In this document: piece by piece, positions 30,646 to 32,000 of the stretch
Numbering within the stretch: position 1 is the first letter of the stretch
Layout: every line of letters starts with the position of its first letter
From: Candidatus Saccharimonadota bacterium
GTDB lineage: Bacteria; Patescibacteriota; Gracilibacteria; UBA4473
Assembly: GCA_965228485.1 (NCBI GenBank)
Contig: OZ245819.1
Location: 1-32,000, forward strand
Reading direction: 5' to 3'
DNA length: 32,000 nucleotides
Made by a program: the position numbers and the translations under genes
Notes under the pieces: model-generated
What the model was told of the DNA's origin: nothing
Database searches by the model: none
What the model saw: only the letters and a program-made list of their open reading frames with translations

Positions 30646-31999
30646 AATTATTAGCTAGGAATATGCCGTTTCTATCATAAAGAGGATCTATTTCGGTTGA
30701 GTAAATGTCTAGTTGATGCTTTAGAAGTTTTATCTTCTCCTCGGCTAAAAAGCTAACATCAATGTCTTTTTTCCGATTCTTTTCAAGAACCAGATCAAAG
30801 TGCTTTTTAAGTATTGCACTTACTAACTCACGATCTCTACTACGGAGAAGGGGAGGAATTATCTCAGCGAAAATCCTACCACACATTTCAACTGTTAAAC
30901 TATCATCTAGAACAATACCTCTCATAAATTGGCATACAAACCCTAAAGCTGTCTCTAAATTCACACCATAGTTCTCAGAAAGAGTGAGGTCTAAATGTAG
31001 GTGTTTTATGTTTTCGGGCGTAAAAACATCTACAGCACCATTTCCAAAAACGGCTTTGGATAGATCATCAACTTTTAACTGTAAGAAAAACAACCTGTAA
31101 CCACATAAATAGCTGAAAAACTCTAAATACTCTTGAAATGATACTTTCTTTTCCTCACACAAGGCTCTTACAATAAAAATGATGGATGCAAATTTAGGGG
31201 CTTCGCTCTCAGTTTCTACTGCATTTGCACGCACATATAAAAAGTCTTCTGTAATAACACAGGCTCCATTATTTTTAGCTAGGATGGTTGCATCACATAG
31301 TTCTGGTGGAACTTCTTTCTCGGTAAAAGCTTCTGCTTTGTTTACAGGGGAAATTGTTTCAACCTTAGCCTTGTTTTCTAGGTAACTAATGAAGTTATTA
31401 AAATTATCTTTTACCTTTTCATATTTGGAAGGATCTATTTCGTTTAATCTTATCCCACTATCATCGGAATAACTCATATGCCCTGCCTGATTTGGTGAAG
31501 ACTCAAATCTATCCCTAACGGAAAAGAGGTATTTAATAACAGATTGGGGCACCCTTAGATCCGCAATGTGATCTAAAACACGAGTTAAGTTTCGTTCAGC
31601 TAAAAACAGAGCAGAGGTAGCATCTAAATAGACAGGTGAGCCTTCTAGTATCTTAGAAGAATTTTCTTCTTGTTCTTGGATAGCTTGCACTGTGTTGTGT
31701 GAGCATTTCACGAAGCCTTTTTGTTCTTGGCTTATTCTTCCTACAGCACTTGTTAGTCCTCCTTCACTCATTGCTAAAAATGCTAAAGGAACAGGCGTTG
31801 TACAGTAGCTTTGGAAAAAATCGGAACTTCCTGATTGTGATTGCAAAGCTTTAACAAGATAAGTGGTGTCAATGGAATCTCCATCCATTGGTACTTCCAC
31901 TAAAAATCCATGAGGCCAGCTAGGTTCTTTACAGAGCTTCATAAAAGACTCTCTAGATTGCCAAAGGATGTACTGTTCTCTAGAAAAAATCAGTTCAAT
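30617..31999 (-). CDS. Large PIN-like domain protein with a helical C-terminal region; N-terminus possibly outside the window
   Basis: PIN-like signatures: SPVYLDATSALFLAE (nt about 31620) and ELCDATILAKNNGACVITEDFLY (nt about 31240-31300). The first ATG is at 31942, but the frame has no stop between 31943 and 31999 (IELIFSREQYILWQSRESF precedes the Met). Confidence 0.6.
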   Translation of the reverse strand: MELIFSREQYILWQSRESFMKLCKEPSWPHGFLVEVPMDGDSIDTTYLVKALQSQSGSSDFFQSYCTTPVPLAFLAMSEGGLTSAVGRISQEQKGFVKCSHNTVQAIQEQEENSSKILEGSPVYLDATSALFLAERNLTRVLDHIADLRVPQSVIKYLFSVRDRFESSPNQAGHMSYSDDSGIRLNEIDPSKYEKVKDNFNNFISYLENKAKVETISPVNKAEAFTEKEVPPELCDATILAKNNGACVITEDFLYVRANAVETESEAPKFASIIFIVRALCEEKKVSFQEYLEFFSYLCGYRLFFLQLKVDDLSKAVFGNGAVDVFTPENIKHLHLDLTLSENYGVNLETALGFVCQFMRGIVLDDSLTVEMCGRIFAEIIPPLLRSRDRELVSAILKKHFDLVLEKNRKKDIDVSFLAEEKIKLLKHQLDIYSTEIDPLYDRNGIFLANNSIQDLYNKN

Positions 32000-32000
32000 A

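Larger units (their letters stand above)
26044..32000. mobile_element. Integrated element (integrative island or prophage-like) inserted at the 3' end of tRNA-Arg; the right boundary was not found in the window
   Basis: A large serine recombinase abuts and overlaps the tRNA 3' end. It is followed by orphan small genes, two DUF5659-like proteins, an excisionase-like HTH protein and a PIN-like protein. No housekeeping genes lie to the right of 26058. Confidence 0.6.

Noticed and set aside
27778-32000. Search by eye for a direct repeat of the tRNA-Arg 3' end (for example TTCGAATCCTATCGCGTGTACCA or sub-strings) that would mark the far att junction
   Set aside because: I found no copy in the window. 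The element either extends past 32000 or, as is usual for serine recombinases, has att sites sharing only a few bases.
1-32000. Alternative genetic code (UGA recoding as in Gracilibacteria/Absconditabacteria), considered because of the CPR-like gene content
   Set aside because: All conserved genes are intact full-length ORFs under the standard code, and TGA is used as a genuine stop (for example at 28472-28474 and 30410-30412).
1-32000. CRISPR arrays, rRNA genes, IS transposases, reverse transcriptase/DGR or retron signatures
   Set aside because: I saw no regularly spaced direct repeats. No ORF shows transposase or RT motifs, and no rRNA-like conserved stretches are present.

Overview
AT-rich, very gene-dense bacterial chromosome segment that reads cleanly in the standard genetic code. 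Start codons are not preceded by Shine-Dalgarno motifs, and several have -10-like boxes only 6-10 nt upstream. The gene content and compaction suggest a small-genome Patescibacteria/CPR-like organism, possibly Peregrinibacteria-like; this is inference only.

Positions 1-26000 look like core chromosome:
- tRNA-Cys(GCA) and tRNA-Leu(UAA).
- Housekeeping genes: rlmH, recX, tgt, a GT4 glycosyltransferase, rpiB, ssb, ndk, an RsuA-family pseudouridine synthase, a BT1-type transporter, an SNase lipoprotein and a HAD hydrolase.
- Many envelope proteins: a TSP3-repeat protein, an SLH-DPBB-CAP fusion, an FN3 protein with a GlyGly-CTERM-like tail, an M23-SLH peptidase operon and two lipoproteins.
- A solitary PD-(D/E)xK nuclease / N4-N6 methyltransferase fusion.

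Positions 26044-32000 look like an integrated mobile element sitting at the 3' end of tRNA-Arg(UCG):
- A large serine recombinase whose last 4 sense codons and stop codon are antisense to the tRNA 3' end.
- A roughly 120-nt highly structured leader upstream of that recombinase.
- A translationally coupled cassette of orphan genes (372 aa, 77 aa, 51 aa, 116 aa), with palindromic TTCTAGAA boxes.
- A membrane protein coupled to an excisionase-like HTH protein.
- A large PIN-like protein whose reading frame runs off the window.

This element and its uncharacterised cargo are my best candidate for an undescribed system. Secondary candidates are the nuclease-methylase fusion and the M23-SLH four-gene operon. 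I found no rRNA, no CRISPR array and no transposase other than the serine recombinase.
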